Shown: positions 22,626 through 34,232 of the stretch, in pieces
How the letters are laid out: each line of letters opens with the position of its first letter
Position numbering within the stretch: the stretch's first letter is position 1
NCBI GenBank assembly: GCA_963810095.1
Contig: CAWEMM010000007.1
Location: 320,001-384,000 of the forward strand
Source: an uncultured Chloroflexia bacterium
GTDB lineage: Bacteria; Chloroflexota; Anaerolineae; CG2-30-64-16
Length of the DNA stretch: 64,000 nucleotides
Direction: 5' to 3'
The notes under the pieces: generated by a model
The model's database searches: none
What the model was told of the DNA's origin: nothing
Seen by the model: the letters and a program-made list of their open reading frames with translations, nothing else
Program-made: the position numbers and the translations under genes

Positions 22626-23651
22626 GGCTCGGTCTTCTTCAGGCTCGCAGCCTGCACAAGCGGCAGGACGCGGGCCTCGGCATCGGCAAGCGGGCCCGGC
22701 AGGTTGCAGCCCGCGGCTTGCGGATGGCCGCCGCCGCCCAGGCTGAGTGCAACCGCGGCCACGTCGTACCCGGGCCTCGACCGGAAGTCCACTTCGATCA
22801 TGCCGGTCGCCAGTTCGTTGAACACGACGGCCACAGCCGGCTTCCGCCGCTGTTGATCAGCTGGCTCACCAGCCCGCCGTCGTCGTCGCCGTCAATACCC
22901 GCCGACTCACGCATCTCACGCGTGACCTCAGCCCACAGCACCCGGCCGTCGAGCCGAGCGCTCGAAAACGCCATCGCCCCACAGCCGCATGAACTTGAGC
23001 GGCCGGGTCGCCAGCGTCCGCTGCGCGATGTCGGCCAGGTTCGCGCCCGCCTCCATCAGCCGCACCGCGCAGGCCATCTCTGCGGCCGTCACGTTGCTGG
23101 TCCGGAAGCCCGAGCGTGTCGGTGACGAGGCCCACGAGCAGCGGAACGGCGGCAGACGCCGGCAGCGGCACGCCGAGGGCGTCGGCCAGCGCCACAACCA
23201 ACTGCGAGGTCGAGGCGCACTTCCGGCGCGACGTAGTTGAGGTCGCCGAAGTGCAGATTGGTGATGTGGTGGTCGATGACCAGCAGCGGGCGCGGGCGCG
23301 AACGCCAGGCCGGCGAAGATCTTGCCGAGCCGCGCCGGGTCGCTGGCGTCCAGCGAGATGACGAGGTCGGGATGCAAATCCGGCGGCAGCTGGTTGACGA
23401 TGCGGCCGTCCGCCGGTCTCGCGCCCGGCAGGAAAAGCAGCGATCTCGGGCGCGGGGTCCTGGCAGGCCAGCGTGACGCGGCCGGGCCGCCCGGCCAGCT
23501 CGGGCAGGGCATCGCAGCAGGTGCCCCAGCCCGAGGAGCGAGCCGATGGCGTCGCCGTCAGGGTTGAAGTGGCAGAACGCCACGATGTTCCTGGCCGCCG
23601 AGGATGTGCGGCTGCCAGGTCACTCAGCGCTGCGCTGTTCGGCGTCGGCAT
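22592..23651 (-). CDS. nrnA: DHH/DHHA1 phosphoesterase (NrnA-like nanoRNase/pAp phosphatase); many frameshifts
   Basis: CHFNPDGDAIGS, ISLDAS, VIDHHITN..FGDLN, GLVTDT, FRS, GGGGHPQAAG pieced across frames; canonical position between rbfA and truB. Confidence 0.88.
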
Positions 23652-24096
23652 GATTCTCCTGCTCGCGCGCGTCCTGCTCGGTTTCGTTCTGCGGCTCGGG
23701 GCGCATCGCCGTCGCCCGCACCGTCTGCGGTGCGGTCGGCGTCGCTGCTCGCTGCGATCTGGTCCAGGATCTCGTCGATACGCTGTGCGCGCTTCTCAGT
23801 CTCGTCGACGACGAAGTGCAACTCGGGCACGACGCGCAGGTGCAGGTTCTCGAGCAGCGAGCGGCGCAGGAACGTGGTCGAGTGCTGCAGTGCGCTCAAC
23901 ACGTGGCGCGATTGCGCGGGCGGGCAACGCGTGCTGGATGTACACGCCGCGCATTGCCCAGGTCGGGCGACACCTGAACGTCGGTGACTGTGACCATCGC
24001 GTCGTCGAGACGCGGGTCGGTCAGTTCACTGGCGATCAGGAGGCCCAGTTCCTCAGTCAATACCTCGGCAATACGTTCTTGCCGGCGAGAGGTCAT
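23620..24096 (-). CDS. rbfA: 30S ribosome-binding factor A; frameshifted
   Basis: [11 protein letters not shown]...DPRL...[25 protein letters not shown]...AQRIDEIL; ATG overlaps the infB TAA. Confidence 0.92.
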
Positions 24097-26737
24097 TACA
24101 GTACCCGTTCCTTCTTGTAGGTCTCCAGGATGTCGCCGACTTCGAAGTCGTGGAAGTTGTGCAGGTTGATGCCGCACTCGAACCCCGTCTTGACTTCGGT
24201 CGCGTCTTCCTGGAACCGCTTCAGTGCGCGCGATCTTGTCTTCGGCCACCACCTCGCCGCCGCGCTTGACGCGCACGGACGAGTTGCGGGTGATTTCGCC
24301 GTCGAGCACCATGCAGCCCGCGATCTTGCCGACCTTCGAGACCTTGAAGACCGCCCGGATTTCCGCATGGCCGGTCACGACTTCCTTGTAGACCGGTTCG
24401 AGCAGGCCCGTGAGCGCCTTCTGCACATCCTCGATGATGTTGTAGATGATGTTGTAGATGCGGATGTCGACGCCCTCGGCCTCGGCCAGGCGCTGCGCGC
24501 CCGCTGTCTGCCACGACCGAGAAGCCGACGATGATGGCGTGCGACGCGATGGCCAGCATGACGTCCGACTCGGTGATATTGCCCGTGCCCTGGTGCAGGA
24601 TCTTGACCTTCAGCTTGTCGGTGCTCAGCTTCTCGAGCGAGTTCACGATCGGCTCGATCGAGCCCTGCACGTCGGCCTTCAGGATCAGGTTGAGTTCCTT
24701 CGACCTTGCCGGCCTCGGCCTCGGCGAAGATGCTTTCCAGCGTGCGCACGGGCGCGGGTCCTGCGGCCGCCTTCTTGGACAGCTGCCGCTCTGAAGCCAT
24801 GGAGCGGGCGGTGCGGTCGTCGGCGACGACCTTGAACGTCTCGCCCGCCACCGGCACGTCGGAGAAGCCCAGGATCTGGACCGGCGTCGCCGGCGGCGCC
24901 TCGGTGATCGGCTCGCCCTTGTCATCATACATGGCGCGAATCTTCGGCGTAGGTTTCCCCGCTCACGATGCTGTCGCTCACGCTGCAGCGTGCCGTTCTG
25001 GACCAGCAGGGTGGCCATGGGGCCGCGCTGCTTGTCCAGCCGGCTCTCGATCACCGTGCCCAGGCATTCGCCCTTTGGGTTCGCCGTCTGCGGGTCCACG
25101 TCGGCCAGCAGCAGGATGCTCTCGAGCAGGTCGTCGATGCCGCGGCGCATCTTCGCCGAAACCGGCACGCACATCACGTCGCCGCCGTACTCCTCGATGA
25201 GCACGCCGTTGTCCGCCAGTTCCTGCTTGACGCGGTCGGGGTTCGAGCTTGCGCCTTGTCGATCTTGTTCATCGCGACGATGATCGGCACCTGGGCCGCC
25301 TTCACGTGCGCGATGGCTTCTTTCGTCTGCGGCATGACGCCGTCATCGGCCGCCACCACCACGATCGCGATGTCCGTCACCTGCGCGCCGCGGGCGCGCA
25401 TGGCGGTGAAAGCCTCGTGACCCGGCGTGTCCAGGAACGTGATCTTGCGACCGTTGATCTCGACCTGGTACGCGCCGATGTGCTGGGTGATGCCGCCGGC
25501 CTCGCCTTCGACGACGCGGGTCTCGCGGATGGCGTCGAGCAGGGTCGTCTTGCCATGATCGACATGGCCGAGCACGACGACGACGGGCGGGCGGAGGACC
25601 ATGTCCTCCGCCTCTTCTTGCGCCATGATCTCGCTGGCGCAGGGTCTGCGGCGCGTCCTCCGGCTCGGCCGATACTTCAGGTTCCGCCGCGCTTCTCAGG
25701 ATGGACCGCGATGCCCAGTTCCTCGCCGATGAGCGCGGCCGTGTCGAAATCGATCGACTCGGTGATCGGCACCATCATGCCGTAGTTCATCGAGCGTCTT
25801 GATGATTTCGATCGGGCTCTTGCGCATCTTGTCGGCCAGGTCGCGGACGGTGATCATGTCCGGAATGATGATTTCCGTGACCGCGGCCGCCGCGGCCGCA
25901 CGCGCGAGACCTGGGTCAACGGCGGCGGTGCGAGCGTCTCGCCCGCGGGCAACTGCGAACCGCGGCCCCGCTGGCCGCCCTGCGGTCGCTTTTGGCCGCC
26001 CGGCCGCCCGGCTTGTGACGAGCCGCCGCCGGGCCGCCGCTGCTGGTCGGGCGCCTTGCGCGGTGGACCACCGCGGTCAGGTGCACCCGTGGGCGGTGTG
26101 CCGAAGCCCCCGCCACCCTGATTGCCGCCGAAACCGCCACCGGGCCGGCCCTGCGCTGGACCGCGGCCGGGGCCACCCTGTCCGCCATAGCCGCTCGGGC
26201 CACCGAAGCCCCCCGGGGCGTGGACCGCCGGGGCGTTGGCCGCCCACCGGTCGGGGACCACTGGGCGCGGGCCGCCCGCGCGGCACGACCGTGTCCTCGG
26301 ACGTCGGGTCGAAAACGCGCTGGTTGAAGGGTTCGTCGGGGTTTGCGGGCTGGCCGTCTGGCCGGACACCCGGCCCACCTGGCCGTGCTCCCGGTGCACC
26401 GGGCCCGGGGCCGCCGGGACGCGACGGCCCTGGTGCGCCCGCGCCGCCCGGCTTGGACGGGCTAGCAGGCTTGGCAGACGCCGGCGTCTTAGGCTGGCGC
26501 GCCGCATCATTGCGGGCCGCGTCGTTGCGCGCACCGTCACGCTGCGCACCGTCACCCTGCATCGCGTCGCTGCGGGGTGCGTTATTAGCGGGCCTGGCCG
26601 GCTGACCGAGGGTTGGGTCGTGTCCCGCCCTGCTGCGCACCCTGCCCACCGGGATTCCCGGGCCGTGCGGGTGTGTTGGGCTCGTTTTTTTCGTCTTGTG
26701 CCCGCTTGGGCTGATCATTCTTCGGGTCGTTTGCCAT
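24096..26737 (-). CDS. infB: Translation initiation factor IF-2 with long Gly/Pro/Arg-rich N-terminus; many frameshifts
   Basis: [77 protein letters not shown]; RBS aggagg. Confidence 0.97.
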
Positions 26738-26804
26738 TAATCCATCCTCCTGTTGCCGGTAGGCCCGCCTCTCAGGAAGCGGGCCGCGAACGGCCAACCT
26801 GGTA

Positions 26805-27015
26805 CGCGCCAGGGTGCTGCACCGCGTGAGTTGCACGAGCCGGCCGGTTCATATATAAGGTCAAACGACGGGGAAGGACAGGGGGTGTCAGAGGGAGCGG
26901 CTTAGAGGTCAACGTACCATAAGCCCTTCCTCGTGACGCCTCAGTCCTGCGCCCATCGGTTGTGTTGTGAGTTACGACCCACAACCTGCGGGGTGGCGCC
27001 CGCAACTAGCGGTCG
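26805..27015 (-). ncRNA. Candidate structured ncRNA (6S-like rod with central bubble) between ylxR and infB; strand uncertain
   Basis: About 200-nt self-complementary rod by manual pairing (accgc/agttgc closing stem, unpaired A/C-rich and AT-rich segments, ~70-nt apical stem 26876-26948); no credible ORF. Confidence 0.35.
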
Positions 27016-27106
27016 CGTGGCCGCTACCATCACTTGCTCCTGTTACAGAGGTGGCGTGGATCCGCATGGAACAATCGCCCTCGACGGATCCACCCGATGC
27101 ATTCGA

Positions 27107-27444
27107 CTATTCCTCTGGCAGCGTCTCGGCGTACGCCTTCAACCCCGCCAGGTCTTCCTGCGTTATCGTCGTCTTCAGCGCCGCATTCAGCTTGTGAACA
27201 GCGCCGGGCCCTGCCAGCAGGGTCGCGCCTTGCACAGGTACGCCCCGCGGCCGGCCACCTTGCCCGTCGGGTCCACCCGAACGGCGCCGTCGGGCGTGCG
27301 CACGATACGCACCAGCTCGCGCTTGCCCCGCTCCGAGCGGCAGACCACACAGGTCCGCTGCGGCACGTGCTTCGGCCGCGGCCCCTTGGGCTTCGACCCC
27401 CCGGATGGCGCTTGCTTCGCCCCGGCTGCCTGTGCGGGCGTCAT
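27107..27444 (-). CDS. ylxR: YlxR (RnpM/DUF448) RNA-binding protein; frameshift near 27195
   Basis: KHVPQRTCVVCR...KRELVRIVRTPDG.V.VDPTGK.AGRGAYLC...LNAALKT. Confidence 0.93.
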
Positions 27445-27450
27445 CGCGGC

Positions 27451-29138
27451 CTAGTATTCCCCAAGATCGCCCCAGCCGCCGCGGCCCGGCTTGCGCTTGC
27501 GCCGCGCGACGACCTGGCCCAGGTCCTCGTCGAACACCAGCTCGCGCTTCTTCGTGTCCTTCTTGGCCTTCTTGGCGGGCGCCTTCTTGGCACCGGCGGG
27601 CTGGGCCTCGCCGTCTTCTTCGTCGTACTCGACTTCCTCGGCCGGGAACGCTTCGGGGACGAGGAGACCTTGCCGTGCCTCGACCATCGTCTGCGGCTCG
27701 ACTGCGACACCCGCAACCTCAGTCGACGGTGCGGCGGGCTTCGACGGTCTCGGGCGCGGCCTCCGCCTCGATCGTCTCGGCGGGCGCAGGCGCCGCGGCC
27801 TCGACAGCCTCGGGTGCGACCTCTGCCTCGACCGGTTCGAGCTGCGGGGCTTCGCCCTCGGGGGCTTCCTGCTCCACCTGCGGCAGCTCGAGGCGGTTCT
27901 GATCTGCATGGGCCAGCAGGCGTGCCGCCGTCTCGAGCGTCGCCTGCGACTTGTCTCGCTCGCGGAGCAGCCACTCGGCCCGGCTCAGCAGGTCGTCGCT
28001 CGGCGGCAGCGCCGCGGCCTTGTCCTGCAGGCTTCGGGCGCGGATCATCTGCATCTGCTGGCGCTTGATCTCGGCCAGGCCCTCGGTGGCAGCCTCGGTC
28101 TCGCTCTTGATGTCGATGCGCCAGCCCGTCAGCTTGGCCGCCAAGCGGGCGTTCTGGCCTTCCTTGCCGATGGCCAGCGACAGCGAGCGGTCGGGAACCA
28201 CCACGATCGCCGTGCGCAGGTCGCCTTCCTCGATCAGGATCGTGTCGGTCGGCTTGGCCGGGCTCAGCGCATTGCTGATGAAGTTGCGCACATCGGCCGA
28301 CCACTCGACCACGTCGATCTTCTCGCCGTTCAGCTCGTCGACGATGTTCTGGATGCGCGTGCCGCGCAAGCCGACGCACGACCCGACCGGGTCGACGCCG
28401 GGCTGGCTTGCAGAAACGGCCACCTTCGAGCGCTGGCCCGGCTCGCGCGCAATGCTCTTGATCTCGACCGTGCCGTTATAGATCTCGGGGATTTCCCGCT
28501 CGAGCAGGCGGCGGAGCATATTGCGGTGCGTGCGCGAAAGCCGGATTTGCGGCCCGCGCGTGCCCTTGTTGATCTCCGCCAGCAGCGTGCGCACGTTCAT
28601 CCCGACGCGGTAGCGGTCGTTCGGCAGCTGGTCTTCGGCCGCAATGATCCCCTCGGCCTTCTTGCTGAGGGTGACGGTCACCGCATTGGAGCGGTAGTCA
28701 ATCGACTGCACCTGGCCGGTGATCAGCTCGCCTTCCCGCTGCTTGTAGAAGTCATACAGCTGGTCACGTTCGGCCTCGTGAATGCGCTGCAGGATGACCT
28801 GCTTCGCGGTCTGCGCGGCGATGCGGCCGAAATCGGCCGGCTGCGCGTTGGTCAAGGATCGTGCCGCCCACCTCGGCATTTTTGTCGATCTTGCGTGCCT
28901 CGGCGAGGGTGATCTCCGTCGCCGGGTCTTCAACCGTCTCGACGACCGTCTTCTCGCACGTGACCTGCAGATCGCCGGATGTCGGGTCAATCGACGCCTG
29001 CACGTTCGCTGTCGCGCTGGCGTAGTTTTTCCGGTAGGCGTGGACCAATGCTTCTTCGATGGCTCCCAGGATCACATCGCGCGGCAGCTCCTTTTCCGCG
29101 CAAATCTGGTTAACAGCCATGATCAGCTCTTTGCTCAT
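27451..29138 (-). CDS. nusA: Transcription termination/antitermination factor NusA with long acidic C-terminal extension; frameshifts near 28860 and 27750
   Basis: [22 protein letters not shown]1 domain, [67 protein letters not shown]. Confidence 0.97.
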
Positions 29139-29250
29139 TTCCTTCGTTTACTCCTATGGACGCCCTGCACCCGGGACGAGAACTACCCGTCGAGTGCGGC
29201 GCATCCCTGCCTCCCGGCCCTACAGCCGGCCCTGTTTGTTACGGCCCCTG

Positions 29251-29283
29251 ACAACAAAGAAAGCCGGGGGGTTCCCGACTTTC
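29251..29283 (-). promoter_or_regulatory. Leader attenuator hairpin upstream of nusA (rimP-leader-like position)
   Basis: Minus strand gaaagtcggg-aaccc-cccggctttc followed by tttgttgt, located about 25 nt after the predicted TSS. Confidence 0.55.
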
Positions 29284-29313
29284 CGCAGAAGAGTGGCTGA
29301 AGCTAATGTCAGA

Positions 29314-29342
29314 AGAATACCACAGGGTTGCCAATGGGTCAA
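29314..29342 (-). promoter_or_regulatory. Sigma70 promoter of the nusA-infB operon
   Basis: Minus strand TTGACC, 17-nt spacer, TATTCT with extended -10 TG. Confidence 0.7.
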
Positions 29343-29405
29343 GTTCTGTCACCGGGCGTAACGCACCCCCCCCGGTGCGGCGCGGAGCAGCAGTCTCCGT
29401 GCCGC

Positions 29406-30332
29406 CTACCGTAGGGCCGCGTAGTGCTTATCCCAGATGGCGGCCCCCGCGGGACCCTGGGCGAAGTCAAGAAATGCCTGCAATCCGGGGGATGCCGGCT
29501 CCCGAGCGGCCAGGTAGAGGGTGCGGGTGAGGTGATAGCCGCCGCTGCCGATCGCCTCTTTCGAGGGCAACAGGCCCTCGACCGGGACAACTCGCACCCG
29601 GCTGTCCGCAGCATCGGCCGAGAGATAGCCGACCGCCAGCCGGTGGCTCGCAACGTAATCGGCGACGGCCCGAGTTGTCGGCATGACCAGGGCGTTGAGC
29701 GTCACCCGCCGGTCGCCCATGATACGGCTTTCGAAGGCTGCCCGGGTGCCCGACCCTTCTTCGCGACTGACGATCACGGGTTCACCTTGCTCGCCACCCA
29801 ACCCACTCCAGTCGAGCACCTCGCCGCCGAACAGCGAGCGCAGTTGCAGCGCCGTCACGTTCGTGATCGGGTTACGCGGGTGCACGACGATCGCGATTCC
29901 GTCTCGGGCCACCGGCACGAGGCGGTAGCCCGGGGGCGCTGCCTTGCTCGCATCCCACCATGACAGCGCGGCGACCTCGGCCCGACCGGCGCGCAGGTCC
30001 TCCCAGCCGTTGCCGGTATCGCCGCCCTGCACCTCGAGCAGCACGTTTGGGTTCTGAGCCTGGAACGCCGCAGCGATCTCACGCAGCGCGGGCGCCATAC
30101 TCGTCGAGCCAGCGATCCGCAGCCGGGTGGGGGCAGGGGTGGGGGCCGGGCCGGCCGAGCACGCAGCTGTCAGAAAGAGGACGAAGAGCAGGAGGAGCGC
30201 CTGTAACACGGCCGTTTGGAACACGGAGGCGCGAAGGTTAGCGAAGTGCAGGAAGCACGAAGGACGCGAAGTCGTACGCACTTTCTGAGCTTCGCTTGTC
30301 CTCGCACCTTCGGGTTCCACAAGCTCAGGCAC
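29406..30332 (-). CDS. PstS-family (PBP2) phosphate-binding lipoprotein without adjacent permeases; start uncertain
   Basis: Lipobox LTAAC; [47 protein letters not shown]. Confidence 0.85.
   Translation of the reverse strand: MPELVEPEGARTSEAQKVRTTSRPSCFLHFANLRASVFQTAVLQALLLLFVLFLTAACSAGPAPTPAPTRLRIAGSTSMAPALREIAAAFQAQNPNVLLEVQGGDTGNGWEDLRAGRAEVAALSWWDASKAAPPGYRLVPVARDGIAIVVHPRNPITNVTALQLRSLFGGEVLDWSGLGGEQGEPVIVSREEGSGTRAAFESRIMGDRRVTLNALVMPTTRAVADYVASHRLAVGYLSADAADSRVRVVPVEGLLPSKEAIGSGGYHLTRTLYLAAREPASPGLQAFLDFAQGPAGAAIWDKHYAALR
30217..30319. repeat. Family A-related palindromic element at the uppP/pstS-like junction
   Basis: tggaacacggaggcgcgaagg...cacgaaggacgcgaag ... cttcgcttgtcctcgcaccttcgggttcca. 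Confidence 0.65.
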
Positions 30333-31180
30333 GGCGACCTACCCCATCACGCTCGCCACAATCACGATCACGCCGACCACTGCGCAGTAGATCGCGAACG
30401 GGTAGAGTTTGCCGCGCCGCAGGTAGGCGAGGAGAAAGCGGATACATAGATAGCCGACGATGGCGGCCGTTAGGGTGCCCAGCACGATCGCCGACGGTGG
30501 ACGATGTAGCCGTTTCCGTTCCCTTGAAGACGTCGAACAACTGCAGGACGCCGGCGCCCAAGATCGCGGGCGTGGCCAGCAGGAAGCTGTAGCGGGCCGA
30601 CGATTCGCGCGTCAAGCCCCGGGCGAGCCCAGCAGAAATCGTCGCGCCCGAGCGGCTCAGGCCGGGCGCAATCGCCGCAGCCTGGGCGAAGCCGATCGAC
30701 GATCGAGTCCGGAATGTTGATCCGGTTCAGAGGCCGCTCGCGCCGGCCGTAACGCTCGCTCAGCGCGAGGATGGCGGCCGTGACCAGCATGAACGCGCCC
30801 ACGGCCGTCGGGGTGTCGAACAGCGACTCGACAAAGTCCTTCAACAGGAACCCGACGACCACGGCAGGGATGGTGCCGACGATGATGGCCCAGGCCAGCC
30901 GGGCATTCGGGTCGGCAAGGCGCCCGCCCGCAGCACTGTTCCAGCGTCCGCGGGTGAAGAGGCTGCCGAAGAAGCCGCGGATGATGTCGATCCAATCGCG
31001 CCAAAAATACACGAGGACCGCGGCCAGCGTGCCCCAATGCAACATGGTGTCGAAGAGCAGGCCGGGATTGGACCAGCCCAGCGCCCACGGCACGAGCACA
31101 AGATGTCCGGATGAGCTGACGGGGATAAACTCGGTGAGCCCTTGGACGATGCCAAGGACGATGGCCTGAATGATGTTCAT
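30325..31180 (-). CDS. uppP: Undecaprenyl-diphosphate phosphatase; frameshifts near 30695 and 30490
   Basis: [63 protein letters not shown]. Confidence 0.96.
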
Positions 31181-31242
31181 GTTCCCTCTGTGTGCCGCTT
31201 GATGGGTGCTGCTTGGCTTGGCCGGCTTTCGTCGTGCGGCGC

Positions 31243-32466
<1,224 letters not shown>

Positions 32467-32525
32467 TCACGCGTCCGTCGTTACCACCTCTCCCTGCACC
32501 TGCAGGCATCCACAGGAGGCAGCCC

Positions 32526-33685
32526 ATGCCCTTCGGCGAAATCTTCACCGGCGCGTTCCAGCGCATCTGGAGACACAAGAACCTCTGGCTGCTGGCCATG
32601 ATTGGCCTGGCCCTCAGCGGGATTGGCGCGCTGGTGTCGGCGCTGCTGACCGCACGCTGGCTCAACGGTTATATGGGCTTGATGGCCGGCATGTTTCGCA
32701 ATCCCGGCGCCATGCCCGGGCGCGCCTTCGGGGACATGATGAACTCGATGGCGCCCCTCTGGACCGTCAGCATCTGCGCCGGCCTGCTAGGTCTCATCGG
32801 CTACGTCGTGAACCTGGTGGCCCGCGGCGGGATCATCAGGCGAGGCTGCGCACGCCTGGCGGGGTGAAGCGACCGACACGGGCCGGGGCTTGCGGACCGG
32901 CGCGCAGCGGGCCGTCTACGTCTTCCTGCTCGACTTGATGTGGGTGCTGCCCGCGCTCCTGCTTGGGATTGCCGGCTTCGTCGCCTTTTTCGGCGTGACG
33001 GCAGCGACCATTTCGGCCTCGCAGCAGCGGTCGCGGAGACGGCATCATCCCTGTCGTTTGGCTTGCGTTCGCCTGCTGCGGCGGCTGCCTCGCCCTGCTG
33101 TATTACCTCGTCTTCAGCATCTTCTCGCCGCTGATGTACCAGTCGGCCGTGGCCGGACGCCGCGACATCGGCGGCGCGGTGAGCGAGGGCTGGCGCCTGG
33201 CACAGCGCAACCTGGGCGGCATGATCATCTTCTGGCTGCTGCTGCTCCTCGTGGGCTTCGTGCTCGGCGCGCTGGTGCAGGCCGTGAACGCGCTCTTCTC
33301 GCTGCCACTCATGACGAGTTGGATTTCGGGCATGACCGGCATGATGCAAGGCTACGGCGGTGGCTTCGTCCCCATGATGCGCACCAGCGGCCCGCTCCTG
33401 GTCATTGCGGGCCTGGTGTCGGCCGTGCTGGCGTTTCTGATCAACACCTTCACACAAACGCTGAACCTTACTGTGTACAGTGGGGCCTACCAGCATCTGA
33501 CCGGTTTGGGCCTGGCCGCGCCGGCCGAGCCCTCGCCTGCGCCGTACGTACCCGCTGCAGATGTGCTCGCAGCGCCCGCTGCAGACGTGCTCGACCCGCC
33601 CGCTGCAGAGGCGGCGGACGCGCCGGCCGAACTCATCGTGCCGCCCGCGGGCGAGCCGGAAGAGGCCCCTCCGCCGACCCTGTAG
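32526..33685 (+). CDS. Multi-pass membrane protein (GDPD membrane-anchor/DUF7544-like) with acidic Pro/Ala tail; frameshifts
   Basis: F.EIFTGAFQRIWRHKNLWLL, GAVSEGWRL..RNLG, TVYSGAYQHLT; RBS aggagg. Confidence 0.7.
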
Positions 33686-33700
33686 GGCGGCAGTGCTGAC

Positions 33701-33736
33701 AAAAAAGGGCGCCAGACCCACCGGTCCGGCGCCCTC
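33701..33736 (-). terminator. Rho-independent terminator for the FmdB-family gene
   Basis: Stem agggcgcc/ggcgccct with adjacent A6 on plus (U-tract on minus). Confidence 0.7.
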
Positions 33737-33759
33737 CTATTGTGCCGCGCTCCTTGCAG

Positions 33760-34074
33760 TCAGTCTGCCTTCGAGGCTGACGACGATTCCGACGAGCTGC
33801 CGCTCGTGGGCGCAGAGGTGCTCTCGGTCTTTTTGTCGCCGGCCGGCGCAGTTGTGCCCTCTTCCTTCTTCGGGGCAGGGACGCCGGTCGAAGACTTCCC
33901 CTTGTTATCGGTGACGTAGAAACCAGAACCCTTGAAGATGACGCCCACGGGCTGGATGACGCGGTGAACGTGACCGCTACACTCTGGGCATTCCCGCAAT
34001 GATGCATCGCTGTACGACTGCAGGCGCTCGAATCGCACGCCGCAGTCCTCACATTCATAGACATAAGTGGGCAT
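33760..34074 (-). CDS. FmdB family zinc-ribbon protein (CxxC_CxxC_SSSS)
   Basis: MPTYVYECEDCG..FE..QS.SD..L.ECPECSG...VIFKGSGFYVTD plus Ser-rich tail. Confidence 0.92.
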   Translation of the reverse strand: MPTYVYECEDCGVRFERLQSYSDASLRECPECSGHVHRVIQPVGVIFKGSGFYVTDNKGKSSTGVPAPKKEEGTTAPAGDKKTESTSAPTSGSSSESSSASKAD

Positions 34075-34115
34075 CGTAACCAACCCCCCGGAACAACCTA
34101 TCGCAGAACATTCAA

Positions 34116-34143
34116 ACCTCCGAAGACTTGGCGCCTCGGAGGT
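34116..34143. repeat. Short palindromic element in the 5' region of the FmdB-family gene
   Basis: acctccga...tcggaggt. Confidence 0.45.
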
Positions 34144-34232
34144 CGCCATTATTATACCGCAGCCCGCGCAGCCTGACAAATGTAAAGCGGCGTTGGGGTG
34201 CGGGCGGCCCGAGGCGAGCCGCCTGCGCCGCT

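Noticed and set aside
26740-27106. RNase P RNA, SRP RNA or tmRNA next to ylxR
   Set aside because: No GAGGAAAGUCC/P4 signature, no SRP helix-8 motif (CAGG..GNRA..AGCAG) and no tRNA-like ends. Kept only as a 6S-like or unknown structured RNA.
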